From NCBI GenBank assembly GCA_051884615.1, contig JBJEVT010000041.1, positions 125,898 through 189,897 of the forward strand: a stretch of 64,000 nt of DNA. The letters are read 5' to 3'. Position numbers and translations under genes: made by a program. Numbering within the stretch: position 1 is the stretch's first letter; the number at the start of each line of letters is the position of its first letter. The notes under the pieces were generated by a model. It was given only the letters and a program-made list of their open reading frames with translations. It was not told the origin of the DNA and did no database searches. Shown here piece after piece: positions 9,143 to 20,502 of this stretch. This DNA comes from Oligosphaeraceae bacterium (GTDB lineage Bacteria > Verrucomicrobiota > Lentisphaeria > Oligosphaerales > Oligosphaeraceae).

Positions 9143-10453
9143 ATGACCCGACGACAGATCCATCCCCTTCTGCTCCTCCTGCTGGCAGTCCTGCTCCTTT
9201 CCCCTGCCTTCTCCCAGGACGCCCCCTGGAGGCTCCAGCTCTCCCACTACGCCCAGAGGAAGAGCTGGGAGACGCCCCCCGAGAAGCCCCTGCCCCCCCT
9301 CACCGCCGACATGCTGGAGGAGGCCATCGAGGCGGCGGGCACCTATCTGCGGAACCAGCAATATCCCGAGGGGAATTTCCGCTACGCCTACGACTTCATC
9401 GCCGACGCCCTGGACGAGAAGGACAACCAGGTCCGGCAGGCAGGCGTCCTGTGGAGCATCTGCAACCTGAACCGCCATCGTTTCACCGAGGAGACCCGGA
9501 GAAGCGCCCTGCTGGGCCTGGATTTCTTCCTCCGCAGCCAGCGGGGACTGCCTGACGCCCCCCAGGTGGTGGTCACCTACAAGAGCGAGACCGTCGTCCG
9601 CACCGGGACCGTGGCGCTCTTCTGCATGGCCCTGGTGGATTTCCTGGAGGGGCAGGAACGCTATCTCACCGAAGCCCAGAAGCAGCCCTTCCTGCTGGCT
9701 CTGGAGAACAACCTGAAATTCCTCCAATACCAGGAGCTGGCCAGCGGCTCCTGGCGGGAAGACTACGAGCTGAACGGCGTCCGTCTGCCCGAGGACATCG
9801 CCCCCTTCTCCTCCTATTTCGACGGGGAATGTCTCCTTGCCTACGCCAAGGCCGCCCTCTACTACCAGGCGCGCCCCCATCTCCCCCCCCCCGTCCCCCT
9901 GGAGGCACGGCTGCGGGACGCCCTGCCCAAACTCCTGCGGAAATACACCGTGGAATGTTTTGGGGAAGGCGGGGACACGGACTACACCAAGGGCTTCTAC
10001 CAATGGGGCGCCATGGCCTGCCAGCAGACGGCCCTGCTCCTTCCCCAGGACCAGGACATCCAGAAGCTGACCCTGGAGGGCGCCCTCGCCTTGAGCTGGT
10101 GGCAGATTTTCGGCCACAAGGTGGAGACCCGGGCCGGCAACACGGGCTATGCCGTGGAGGGCCTGGCGGCCACCATCATGACGGCGGAGCGGGCGGGCCT
10201 TCACGAGGAGGCGGAATTCCTGCGGCAGCGCACGGAGGGGTTGCTTCTGCGGCTGATGAGCTGGCAGGTGGGCGGCCCCCTGGCGGCCTACAATCCCCTC
10301 CTCAGGGCATGGGAAGGCCGCATCCCGCCCCGGGCCTTCGGGGGAATCACCTCCACCGCCGACTCCAGCTTCATCCGCATCGACGTGGTGCAGCACCAGC
10401 TCCACGCCATGCTGCTCGCCCTCCAAGCCTTCTTCCCGGAACCCCTCCCGTGA
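9143..10453 (+). CDS. Secreted hypothetical protein, possibly an alpha/alpha-toroid fold
   Basis: Signal-peptide-like N-terminus (LLLLLLAVLLLSPAFSQDAP). The amino-acid composition is normal and helix-rich, with repeated aromatic/Gly motifs. No family was recognised with certainty. Confidence 0.6.
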   Translation: MTRRQIHPLLLLLLAVLLLSPAFSQDAPWRLQLSHYAQRKSWETPPEKPLPPLTADMLEEAIEAAGTYLRNQQYPEGNFRYAYDFIADALDEKDNQVRQAGVLWSICNLNRHRFTEETRRSALLGLDFFLRSQRGLPDAPQVVVTYKSETVVRTGTVALFCMALVDFLEGQERYLTEAQKQPFLLALENNLKFLQYQELASGSWREDYELNGVRLPEDIAPFSSYFDGECLLAYAKAALYYQARPHLPPPVPLEARLRDALPKLLRKYTVECFGEGGDTDYTKGFYQWGAMACQQTALLLPQDQDIQKLTLEGALALSWWQIFGHKVETRAGNTGYAVEGLAATIMTAERAGLHEEAEFLRQRTEGLLLRLMSWQVGGPLAAYNPLLRAWEGRIPPRAFGGITSTADSSFIRIDVVQHQLHAMLLALQAFFPEPLP

Positions 10454-10581
10454 CCGCCCCCCTGGAAAGCACGAGAACCCTCCGGCCCGCCGTGGAGGAG
10501 ACCCAGTTCTCCTCGGGGGAGCCTTCCCCGCGGCTCACCAACACCCGGATCCGAAGAATCCGGGAACGTTTCCATGCCCGG

Positions 10582-12303
10582 ATGCATGGGAGCCGCACCC
10601 AGTGGCGTCCCTTCTCCCCCCTTCCCGGCGACGTCCCCCACAATCTGGTGCCGGGCTGCACCCTCCAGGCGGTGATTGGCTCCGGGGGCATGGGCACCGT
10701 CTATCTCGCCCGCCAGAACGCCCTGAACCGCCAGGTGGCGGTGAAGGTCCTGAATCCCCGTCTGGCCAACGACCCGGTCTTCATGGAGCGTCTGCGGAAG
10801 GAGGCCCAGATCATGGGCACCTTCTCCCATCCCAATCTGGTGGGCTGCCACGATATCATCGTCTCCCGCAACGGCGCCTGCATCCTGATGGAGTATATCC
10901 CGGGGCACCTGAACGGGCGGAATCTGGTCCAGCTCCTGGGCCCCATGCCGGAGCGCTACGCCATCCCCGTGCTCCACGCCGTGGCAAAGGGCCTGGCCTA
11001 CGCCTACGAAAAGGGCTTCACCCACCGGGATGTCAAACCCGACAATCTCCTCTTCGCCTTCCAGGACAAACGCCCCCCGGAATCCTACGAGGAGCTCTTC
11101 CAGTCCCCCGATTTCCGGGTGGCTCTCTGCGATTTCGGCATCGCCTCCACCCAAAACCAGTTTCCCGAGGAGCATGGCGGGGAGGACGCCCCCCGGGAGG
11201 AACCCGCGCCGGAGCCCCGGACGGAGGAGGACGAGGAGGAGAACGCCATCGTGGGCAGCCCCCTCTACATGTCTCCGGAACAGGCCATCATGCCCGAGGA
11301 CGTGGATTGCCGGAGCGACATCTACTCCCTGGCATGCACCGCCTTCTTTCTCCTGACCGGAAAGCCCCCCTTCCCCGGAAAGACCCTGGAGGAGGTCCTG
11401 GACCTGAAGACCCAGTGCGACCTCCCCCTCCCCGTCCCGCCGCCGCCCGCCAAACCCCTCAATCCCGTCCTGGGCAAGGCCCTCCTCCGCATGGGCGCCC
11501 TGCAGCAGGAGGACCGGTTCCAGGACTACGCCACCCTCCTGGACATCCTCTCCACCCTGGAGACCTCCCTGGTCTCCCCCCTCTCCTTCCGGCTCTTCAC
11601 CTACCATTACCGGAAATTCCTCATCCGGCTCTGCCTGGGGGCGCTGCTGCTGGGAGGCGTCATCCTCCTGGGCCTCTTCGGATACACCCAGTGGCTGAAC
11701 AACTACGAGCGGCGCCTCATGGACGACACGGTCTTCCTGGGCAAATGGGAAGGCACCCTCTCCACCTGGCAGCAGATCTTCACGGCGGAGGGACGGGTCC
11801 TCCTGGGCACCCCCTCCTCCGGCCCCCTCACCCTGAAGGAACGCCTCCGCCCCGGCGACTATCTCCGGGTCTCTCTGAATTTTCAAGATGTGGGCAGCGC
11901 CGTCCTCATGCTTCACATGACGATGGGGGAGGAGACGATTCCCCTGGTGCGCATCATCTGCTACCGGGAATCCCGGCGCAACGTGGTGCAGCTGGGCATT
12001 CCGTCTCGGCGACCGGACTCCACCACCTCCTTCGAGGAAATCCCCGGCCCCCTGGATCTCCCCGACGCCACCAATCCCTGGATTCAGTTGCGCCTCCAGT
12101 TCCACGAGAGCTTCTGCGTGGTCTGGAACCAGGAACGCCCCCTGGGCATCTGCCACTTCCCCCCCGGCATGACCCCCGTCCAGGAAGCCGCTTTCTCCAT
12201 CTCCCGCCTGAATTGCCCGCAAGTGCAGTTCGCCAACATCGCCCTGGTCAAGGAAAAATACGCCCAGCGCATCCTTCCCCGCCTGAACGAAGAATATCCC
12301 TGA
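10582..12303 (+). CDS. Ser/Thr protein kinase (Hanks type) with a TM helix and C-terminal extracytoplasmic domain
   Basis: Kinase motifs are GSGGMGTVYLA (Gly loop), VAVK, HRDVKPDNLL, CDFG and SPLYMSPEQ. The TM segment is LIRLCLGALLLGGVILLGLFGY. The track ORF begins at 9829, but the first in-frame ATG after the upstream gene ends is 10582. Confidence 0.85.
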   Translation: MHGSRTQWRPFSPLPGDVPHNLVPGCTLQAVIGSGGMGTVYLARQNALNRQVAVKVLNPRLANDPVFMERLRKEAQIMGTFSHPNLVGCHDIIVSRNGACILMEYIPGHLNGRNLVQLLGPMPERYAIPVLHAVAKGLAYAYEKGFTHRDVKPDNLLFAFQDKRPPESYEELFQSPDFRVALCDFGIASTQNQFPEEHGGEDAPREEPAPEPRTEEDEEENAIVGSPLYMSPEQAIMPEDVDCRSDIYSLACTAFFLLTGKPPFPGKTLEEVLDLKTQCDLPLPVPPPPAKPLNPVLGKALLRMGALQQEDRFQDYATLLDILSTLETSLVSPLSFRLFTYHYRKFLIRLCLGALLLGGVILLGLFGYTQWLNNYERRLMDDTVFLGKWEGTLSTWQQIFTAEGRVLLGTPSSGPLTLKERLRPGDYLRVSLNFQDVGSAVLMLHMTMGEETIPLVRIICYRESRRNVVQLGIPSRRPDSTTSFEEIPGPLDLPDATNPWIQLRLQFHESFCVVWNQERPLGICHFPPGMTPVQEAAFSISRLNCPQVQFANIALVKEKYAQRILPRLNEEYP

Positions 12304-12329
12304 CCTCCTCCCCCCCCCTCCGCCACCCC

Positions 12330-13730
12330 ATGGACTCCTCCCCACTGCTCAAGGCCATCCAGCTGGTGAACAGCTGCCTCTCCGACTACGTCCTCACCGT
12401 GCTCCTGGTGGGAACCGGCATCTTCTTCACCCTTCGGACGGGCATGGTCCAGAGATACTGCTTCGGGAAGGGAATGAGGCAGGCGCTGGGGGACTTCTCC
12501 CTCCATGGCAGGCAGAACGGGCATGGTCTCAATTCCTTCCAGGCCCTTTGCGCCGCCGTGGCGGCGCAGGTGGGCACGGGAAACATCGTGGGCGCCTCCG
12601 GCGCCATCCTCACCGGCGGCCCCGGCGCCATCTTCTGGATGTGGGTCATCGCCTTCTTCGGCATGGCCACCATCTATGCGGAGGCCATCCTGGCCCAGGT
12701 GACCCGCATCCAGGATCCCGCCGGCGAACTCCACGGCGGCCCCGTCTACTACATCAAACGGGCCTTCCCCGGACTCCTGGGCTCCTTCCTGGCGCATTTC
12801 TTCGCCATCGCCTGCATCCTCTCCCTGGGATTCATCGGCTGCATGGTCCAGGCCAACTCCATCAGCGAAACCTGCCATAACGCCTTCGGACTGCCCACCC
12901 CCCTCATCGGACTCCTCATCGCCACCCTCTCCTTCCTCATCTTCACCGGCGGCATCTCCCGCATCTCCCGGGTCACCGAAAAGCTGGTCCCCCTCATGGC
13001 CCTCCTCTATCTCCTGGGCGGACTCCTGATCCTCGCCCTCCGCTGGAGATACCTCCCCACCACCTTCGCCGCCATCTTCCAATACGCCTTCAACCCCGAA
13101 GCCCTCATCGGCGGCGGCATGGGATACGCCTTGAAAACCGCCATCAGCCAAGGCGTGAAACGGGGACTGTTCTCCAACGAGGCCGGCATGGGCTCCACCC
13201 CCCACGCCCATGCCCAGGCCATCGTGGACAAGGCCCACGACCAGGGCGTGGTCGCCATGTGCGGCGTCTTCGTGGACACCTTCGTGGTCCTCACCATGAC
13301 CGCCCTGGTGGTGATCTCCACCATCTACTGCGGAGACGGCCCCCTGGCCGGCGCCACCGGCGAAACCTACAGCCAGCTGCTGGCCAGCCAGGGACTGACC
13401 AAAACCACCCTGGTCCAAACCGCCTTCTCCCATTCCCTGGCGGGGGGGAATCTGGGCGAGGCCTTCGTGGCCGTCTGCCTCTTCTTCTTCGCCTTCTCCA
13501 CCATCCTGGGCTGGAACTTCTTCGGGAAAATCAACTTCCACTATCTCTTCGGGAAAAAGTCCCTCCCGGTCTACTATCTGCTGGCCGCCGGCTTCATCTT
13601 CCTGGGCTCCATCGTGCAAAACGACCTGGCCTGGGAACTCCAGGATATGTTCAACCAGCTCATGGTCCTCCCCAACGTCCTCGCCCTCCTGGCCCTCTCC
13701 TCCCTGGTGGCCAAGGCAAAACGGGAATAG
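12330..13730 (+). CDS. Alanine/glycine:cation symporter (AGCS family)
   Basis: From ATG 12330: ...SFQALCAAVAAQVGTGNIVGASGAILTGGPGAIFWMWVIAFFGMAT... and GLFSNEAGMGSTPHAHA, both classical AGCS motifs. The protein is polytopic. Confidence 0.9.
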   Translation: MDSSPLLKAIQLVNSCLSDYVLTVLLVGTGIFFTLRTGMVQRYCFGKGMRQALGDFSLHGRQNGHGLNSFQALCAAVAAQVGTGNIVGASGAILTGGPGAIFWMWVIAFFGMATIYAEAILAQVTRIQDPAGELHGGPVYYIKRAFPGLLGSFLAHFFAIACILSLGFIGCMVQANSISETCHNAFGLPTPLIGLLIATLSFLIFTGGISRISRVTEKLVPLMALLYLLGGLLILALRWRYLPTTFAAIFQYAFNPEALIGGGMGYALKTAISQGVKRGLFSNEAGMGSTPHAHAQAIVDKAHDQGVVAMCGVFVDTFVVLTMTALVVISTIYCGDGPLAGATGETYSQLLASQGLTKTTLVQTAFSHSLAGGNLGEAFVAVCLFFFAFSTILGWNFFGKINFHYLFGKKSLPVYYLLAAGFIFLGSIVQNDLAWELQDMFNQLMVLPNVLALLALSSLVAKAKRE

Positions 13731-13760
13731 CCTTCCCCCCGCTGCAGGAAAAGAAATAGA

Positions 13761-13796
13761 GGGGGGGAAAGGGGGAGAAAGGGGGAGAAAGGGGAG
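13761..13796. repeat. Purine-only short tandem repeat (GGGGGAGAAA-like decamer, about 3.5 units)
   Basis: The sequence ggggggaaa gggggagaaa gggggagaaa ggggagg is read directly. It lies in the spacer after the AGCS gene. Confidence 0.9.
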
Positions 13797-13921
13797 GTCT
13801 CATGGCTCAAAAACCAGAAAACCTCGCTCCCTCGCCCCGCTTCCCGGCCCCATGGATACTGCCTTGGATATCCTTTCGGGTCTGACATGAAGATTCATTT
13901 CATGCCCCGGGAAGAGGCAAA

Positions 13922-14098
13922 ATGAAGAATGCCGCCAACGTCATGGCGAACGTCTCGGTGGAACTCCCCCGTCCGCTGAACTGGTCCCATGAGGATATTT
14001 CCATGGGGAACGAGGGCATCGAGGATCGCTCCAATGAATATCCTGATTTGGCAAAATGTGCGTGTTCGGGGAAGGGAAAGAACGATGGGATTCTTTAG
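13922..14098 (+). CDS. Possible 58-aa acidic small protein ending in a CxCxGKGK (SEC-C-like) motif
   Basis: ATG 13922 to TAG 14096-14098 gives MKNAANVMANVSVELPRPLNWSHEDISMGNEGIEDRSNEYPDLAKCACSGKGKNDGIL. The ORF is below the track cutoff, has a weak SD (gaagagg), and has no support beyond being open. Confidence 0.2.
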   Translation: MKNAANVMANVSVELPRPLNWSHEDISMGNEGIEDRSNEYPDLAKCACSGKGKNDGIL

Positions 14099-14387
14099 GA
14101 GAACGACTTGCGTTTTTTTCCTTTCATGAAACGGTAAAATCTGCTGAATTGACAACGGATATCGTGAGCATCCAGGAAAAGAATCAAAGACCGTTTATCT
14201 TTACGAATCCCAAAGGAATCCCCATACGTTTCGGGACAAAAACTCTTTGTCTGGAAAATGGTTGCTATCGGTCGGAAATCTTGAAGGCATAGAGGAGGCA
14301 AAGCGCAAGAGATACCGCAAGGGGCCTGTTGAAGCCTGGTTTGCCGACAAGACCACAATCAACAATGAACACATAGGAGGATACAAC

Positions 14388-14870
14388 ATGGCTGGCTTGC
14401 TTTGCTTGTGTGGTAATGGAATGAGCAATTCCACGGCACCGTCGGAATCCATTGCGGAAATCCATAGCCCGGAGGCCCTGGAAAGAGACAGGGACATCGA
14501 ACTATGGGATTTTTGGGATGAGCAATGGGAATATTGGCACTGCCAGGCGTGCCAGCGCGTCACCGTGATTGATAGAAAGACTTGTTTGTATGTAAAAAGC
14601 TACTCCCGGATGACGGAGAAACACCCTCCATGCCTTGACACTCTTGGAGACTGGAAGACGCTTTACTACTGGAGCGACCGGGAGTTCTACGATGGGATAG
14701 AGGAAGAGGAGAAGCGCACCTTGGGAGATTTCGTGCAAAAACATCCCCCCCGCTATGTCATCCGTCTCTCTCCCGATCAATCCAAGGCCCACGTCTTCCG
14801 TACCGACACGAAGGAATACCGGTGCACCTACGTTCTGGATCCCCCACCGGACTTCCTCAAGAAGCCCTGA
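14388..14870 (+). CDS. Hypothetical protein, tandem paralog A (160 aa), unknown family
   Basis: The start MAGLLCLCGNG is preceded by AGGAGG 7 nt upstream. It is a paralog of 14990-15478. Substitutions between the copies are conservative in this frame (W/Y/C positions kept). The 207-aa track version starts at TTG 14247, but that extension is not conserved in copy B. Confidence 0.6.
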   Translation: MAGLLCLCGNGMSNSTAPSESIAEIHSPEALERDRDIELWDFWDEQWEYWHCQACQRVTVIDRKTCLYVKSYSRMTEKHPPCLDTLGDWKTLYYWSDREFYDGIEEEEKRTLGDFVQKHPPRYVIRLSPDQSKAHVFRTDTKEYRCTYVLDPPPDFLKKP

Positions 14871-14989
14871 AGCAAAAAAGGCGTGCCTTCCTGGCTGTTC
14901 GCTGCAACCAGGGGCACGCCCGGCTTGGGGTGAAGCCTGGTTTGCCAACAAGACCAAAATCGCCCCTCGACACATAGTGAGGATATAAC

Positions 14990-15478
14990 ATGGCTGGCTT
15001 GCTTTGCTTGTGTGGCAATGGAATGAGCAATACAACCGTTCCCTCCGATTCCATCATTGAAATCTACCGTCCCGGGGATATCACCCTGGCGATTGACCAG
15101 GAAACAAAACTGATTGATTTATGGGACGAAAAAATTGAGTACTGGTACTGCCATAAATGCAGGCGCATTACTCTCATCGAGCGCAAGACCTCAAAATACA
15201 AGTGCAGTTATTCTAGAATCCGATCTATTCCTTCGCCGAACATGGAAACTCTACAAGGCTTTTCCCCATTGTTCTTTTGGAGAGACAATGATTTTTACAG
15301 AGCAACGGAAGAAGACTGGGGAATCACCGTCAAGGACTTCGTGAAGCATACTCCCCCCCGCTATGTCATCCGTCTCTCGCCTGACGAATCTATGGCCCAC
15401 GTCTTCCATACCGACACGAAGGAATACCAGTGCACCTACATCCGGGATCCCCCACCGGATTTCCTCAAGAAGCCCTGA
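14990..15478 (+). CDS. Hypothetical protein, tandem paralog B (162 aa), unknown family
   Basis: It shares the first 14 residues with paralog A (MAGLLCLCGNGMSN) and 35 of the last 42 by hand alignment. An in-frame stop lies just upstream of the ATG, and GAGGA serves as an SD. Confidence 0.6.
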   Translation: MAGLLCLCGNGMSNTTVPSDSIIEIYRPGDITLAIDQETKLIDLWDEKIEYWYCHKCRRITLIERKTSKYKCSYSRIRSIPSPNMETLQGFSPLFFWRDNDFYRATEEDWGITVKDFVKHTPPRYVIRLSPDESMAHVFHTDTKEYQCTYIRDPPPDFLKKP

Positions 15479-15662
15479 AGCAAAAAAGACAGGACCGGGG
15501 CAACGGAGCATCCGGCGCCGGATGTCAGGACGCCCCCCTCGCCCGAAGCCCTATGTGTCGTCTGTGCCGCCCGGCGAGCCGGGCGGCACTGTGTGGTCTG
15601 TGTTGAAGCGGCAGCGTCCTCTGGGCTCGCCCTGTGGTCTGGGGCGGGCCGCAGGCGTTGCG

Positions 15663-18950
<3,288 letters not shown>

Positions 18951-19640
18951 TCAGGCAAGTTCCTGGAGGATCTTGGCGGCGGCCTCGGCGGGATCGGGAG
19001 CCGCCAGAATGGGACGGCCCACCACGATGAAGTCGGCGCCCGCCTCCTGGGCCTGCCGGGGCGTCATGATCCGCTTCTGGTCCCCGGCGTCCGCTCCTGC
19101 GGGCCGGATGCCCGGAACCACCGTCAGGAACTCGTCCCCCAGCTCCTTCCGCAGCAGAGGCAGCTCCAGGGCGGAGCACACCACCCCGGAAAGGCCCGCC
19201 TGACGCGCCAATTTCGCCAGGCGCAGCACCTGCTCCTGGGGAGAGGCGCTCACCCCCACCGCCTCCAGCTGCGCCTGGTCCATGCTGGTGAGCACCGTCA
19301 CGGCGATGACCCGGGCGCCCGTCTCCCGCATGGCCTGGGCGGCGGCATCCAGCATGGCGGGGCCGCCGAAGGCGTGGACATCGATGATGTCGCCGCCGAC
19401 GAGGGCGCCGGAGCGGATGGCGTTGGCCACGGTATTGGGGATGTCGTGGTATTTCATGTCCAGGAAGACCTTTTTGTTTCGGGCCTTGAGTTCCTGGAGC
19501 ACCCGGGGGCCGTAGTGGGTGAAGAGCTGTTTGCCCACCTTATACCATTCCACACTGGGGCCGATGCGGTCCACCATGGTCAGGGCCTGTTCCAGCTCCG
19601 GGAGATCCAGAGCGCAGATCAGGGTCGTCTTCTTGGTCAT
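18951..19640 (-). CDS. pyrF: Orotidine 5'-phosphate decarboxylase
   Basis: From Met at 19640: MTKKTTLICALDLP...FLDMKYHDIPNTV...VVPGIRP...IVVGRPI, the OMP decarboxylase signature. The upstream part of the 467-aa track ORF is a low-complexity artefact. Confidence 0.93.
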   Translation of the reverse strand: MTKKTTLICALDLPELEQALTMVDRIGPSVEWYKVGKQLFTHYGPRVLQELKARNKKVFLDMKYHDIPNTVANAIRSGALVGGDIIDVHAFGGPAMLDAAAQAMRETGARVIAVTVLTSMDQAQLEAVGVSASPQEQVLRLAKLARQAGLSGVVCSALELPLLRKELGDEFLTVVPGIRPAGADAGDQKRIMTPRQAQEAGADFIVVGRPILAAPDPAEAAAKILQELA

Positions 19641-19669
19641 CTTTCCTGTCTCCGTTGCGTATCGTGTCT

Positions 19670-20476
19670 TCAGGGTTCCCTCTCCGGGGGCTCTGCTCCC
19701 TCTGTCTGTTGCGCGGGGGGAAGAGAAGGAGAGGGGGAGGGAGAAAGGGAGGGAGGGGCCGTCCTGAGGCGGACGACGGCTCTTGCCAGCAGACAGGTCC
19801 TCTTGTGAAGGCTCCGGCAAATCAGCACCATGCCCGAGGCATGGAGGACGAGCGCCATGAGGGCGAAGACAAGCCAGATGTTCCGGGAGAGCTCCCCGAA
19901 GAGCAAATAGCCAAAGCCGTAGAAGAGGCTCCACACCGTCTCCCCGAAGGGCTCTTCCAGGCACGCGCTGACGATCACGCCCAGCGCCAGAAGCCCCAGG
20001 CACAGGAGCGACAAACCGCCCAGGAGCCTTCCCGGAAGCAGAAGCAGACTCCGGAAGGCGGACTTCCGGTTCCAGAGCTTCTGATAATACAAGGTGAATC
20101 CCACGAGGTTCAGGGGGAAGCAGACCACCCAGAGCACCGCCCAGGCCCTGCAGTAGAAAAGTTCCCAGGAAATGCCCCACAGTTCGTCCACCCGCATCAA
20201 CCCGAACCACCGGGGAAAGGAGGAGATTCCCAGGAGGAAGAGGGAGAGGAAGAGGAAGCAATCCGGGTTGAACCGGAAGCGTCCCGGGCGGGAGAAGGGA
20301 CGGCTCAGGAGGAGATAGGAGAGGAAGAAGCACAAAGAAGCCGCTTCCGGCCAATACCCCAGGGACATGACGGGGACCAGAAGCGGCATGGGCTGGACGA
20401 GCAGCGACAACGCCAGCAGGAACAATATCAGCGCCCCGACGAAATACAGGGTCAGAGAGATACTGCGTCTTGCCAT
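19670..20476 (-). CDS. Polytopic membrane protein, unknown function
   Basis: The 268-aa ORF has about 6-7 hydrophobic, Trp-rich segments and a Pro/Ser-rich C-terminal tail. Codon use looks genuine. No family was recognised. Confidence 0.6.
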   Translation of the reverse strand: MARRSISLTLYFVGALILFLLALSLLVQPMPLLVPVMSLGYWPEAASLCFFLSYLLLSRPFSRPGRFRFNPDCFLFLSLFLLGISSFPRWFGLMRVDELWGISWELFYCRAWAVLWVVCFPLNLVGFTLYYQKLWNRKSAFRSLLLLPGRLLGGLSLLCLGLLALGVIVSACLEEPFGETVWSLFYGFGYLLFGELSRNIWLVFALMALVLHASGMVLICRSLHKRTCLLARAVVRLRTAPPSLSPSPSPSLPPAQQTEGAEPPEREP

Positions 20477-20502
20477 GGAAAATGCGGGAAGGGGTGGTTC
20501 TG

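Larger units (their letters stand above)
13886..15524. other. Low-G+C accessory islet between the AGCS symporter gene and the convergent GH2 gene
   Basis: Hand counts give 23/60 G+C for 14101-14160 and 26/60 for 15121-15180, against 42/60 in the core line 24481-24540. The islet contains only unknown ORFs, which have canonical SD sites. Confidence 0.75.

Noticed and set aside
9829-10581. Long 5' extensions of track ORFs. Examples: kinase ORF from 9829, symporter ORF from 10602, pyrF ORF to 20354, mrp ORF to 22307, icd from 22221, PPIase from 30366, tmk from 33341, holB from 34114, mannosidase from 35823, cdsA ORF to 50753, helicase ORF to 57552.
   Set aside because: The extensions overlap the preceding genes, are Pro/Arg/Gly-rich, and the family-conserved N-termini begin at internal Met codons, which I used instead.
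13761-13796. The purine-rich tandem decamer and other short repeats, considered as a possible CRISPR array.
   Set aside because: The units are contiguous 10-mers with no spacers. No repeat-spacer periodicity of 25-40 nt exists anywhere in the window, and no cas genes are present.
14247-14387. The 207-aa version of paralog A starting at TTG 14247.
   Set aside because: In copy B the equivalent upstream sequence is interrupted by an in-frame TGA 9 nt before the ATG. Both copies share MAGLLCLCG preceded by an SD, so the shared start at 14388/14990 is more parsimonious.
14755-14988. Alternative-frame ORFs over the 3' ends of both paralogs (14755-14988 and the start of 15363-17498), which look conserved (MSSVS...PTSS.PTRRNT.APT).
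   Set aside because: Their similarity is a by-product of the nucleotide-level duplication. The products are Pro/Ser/Arg-rich, and the main frame shows conservative substitutions.
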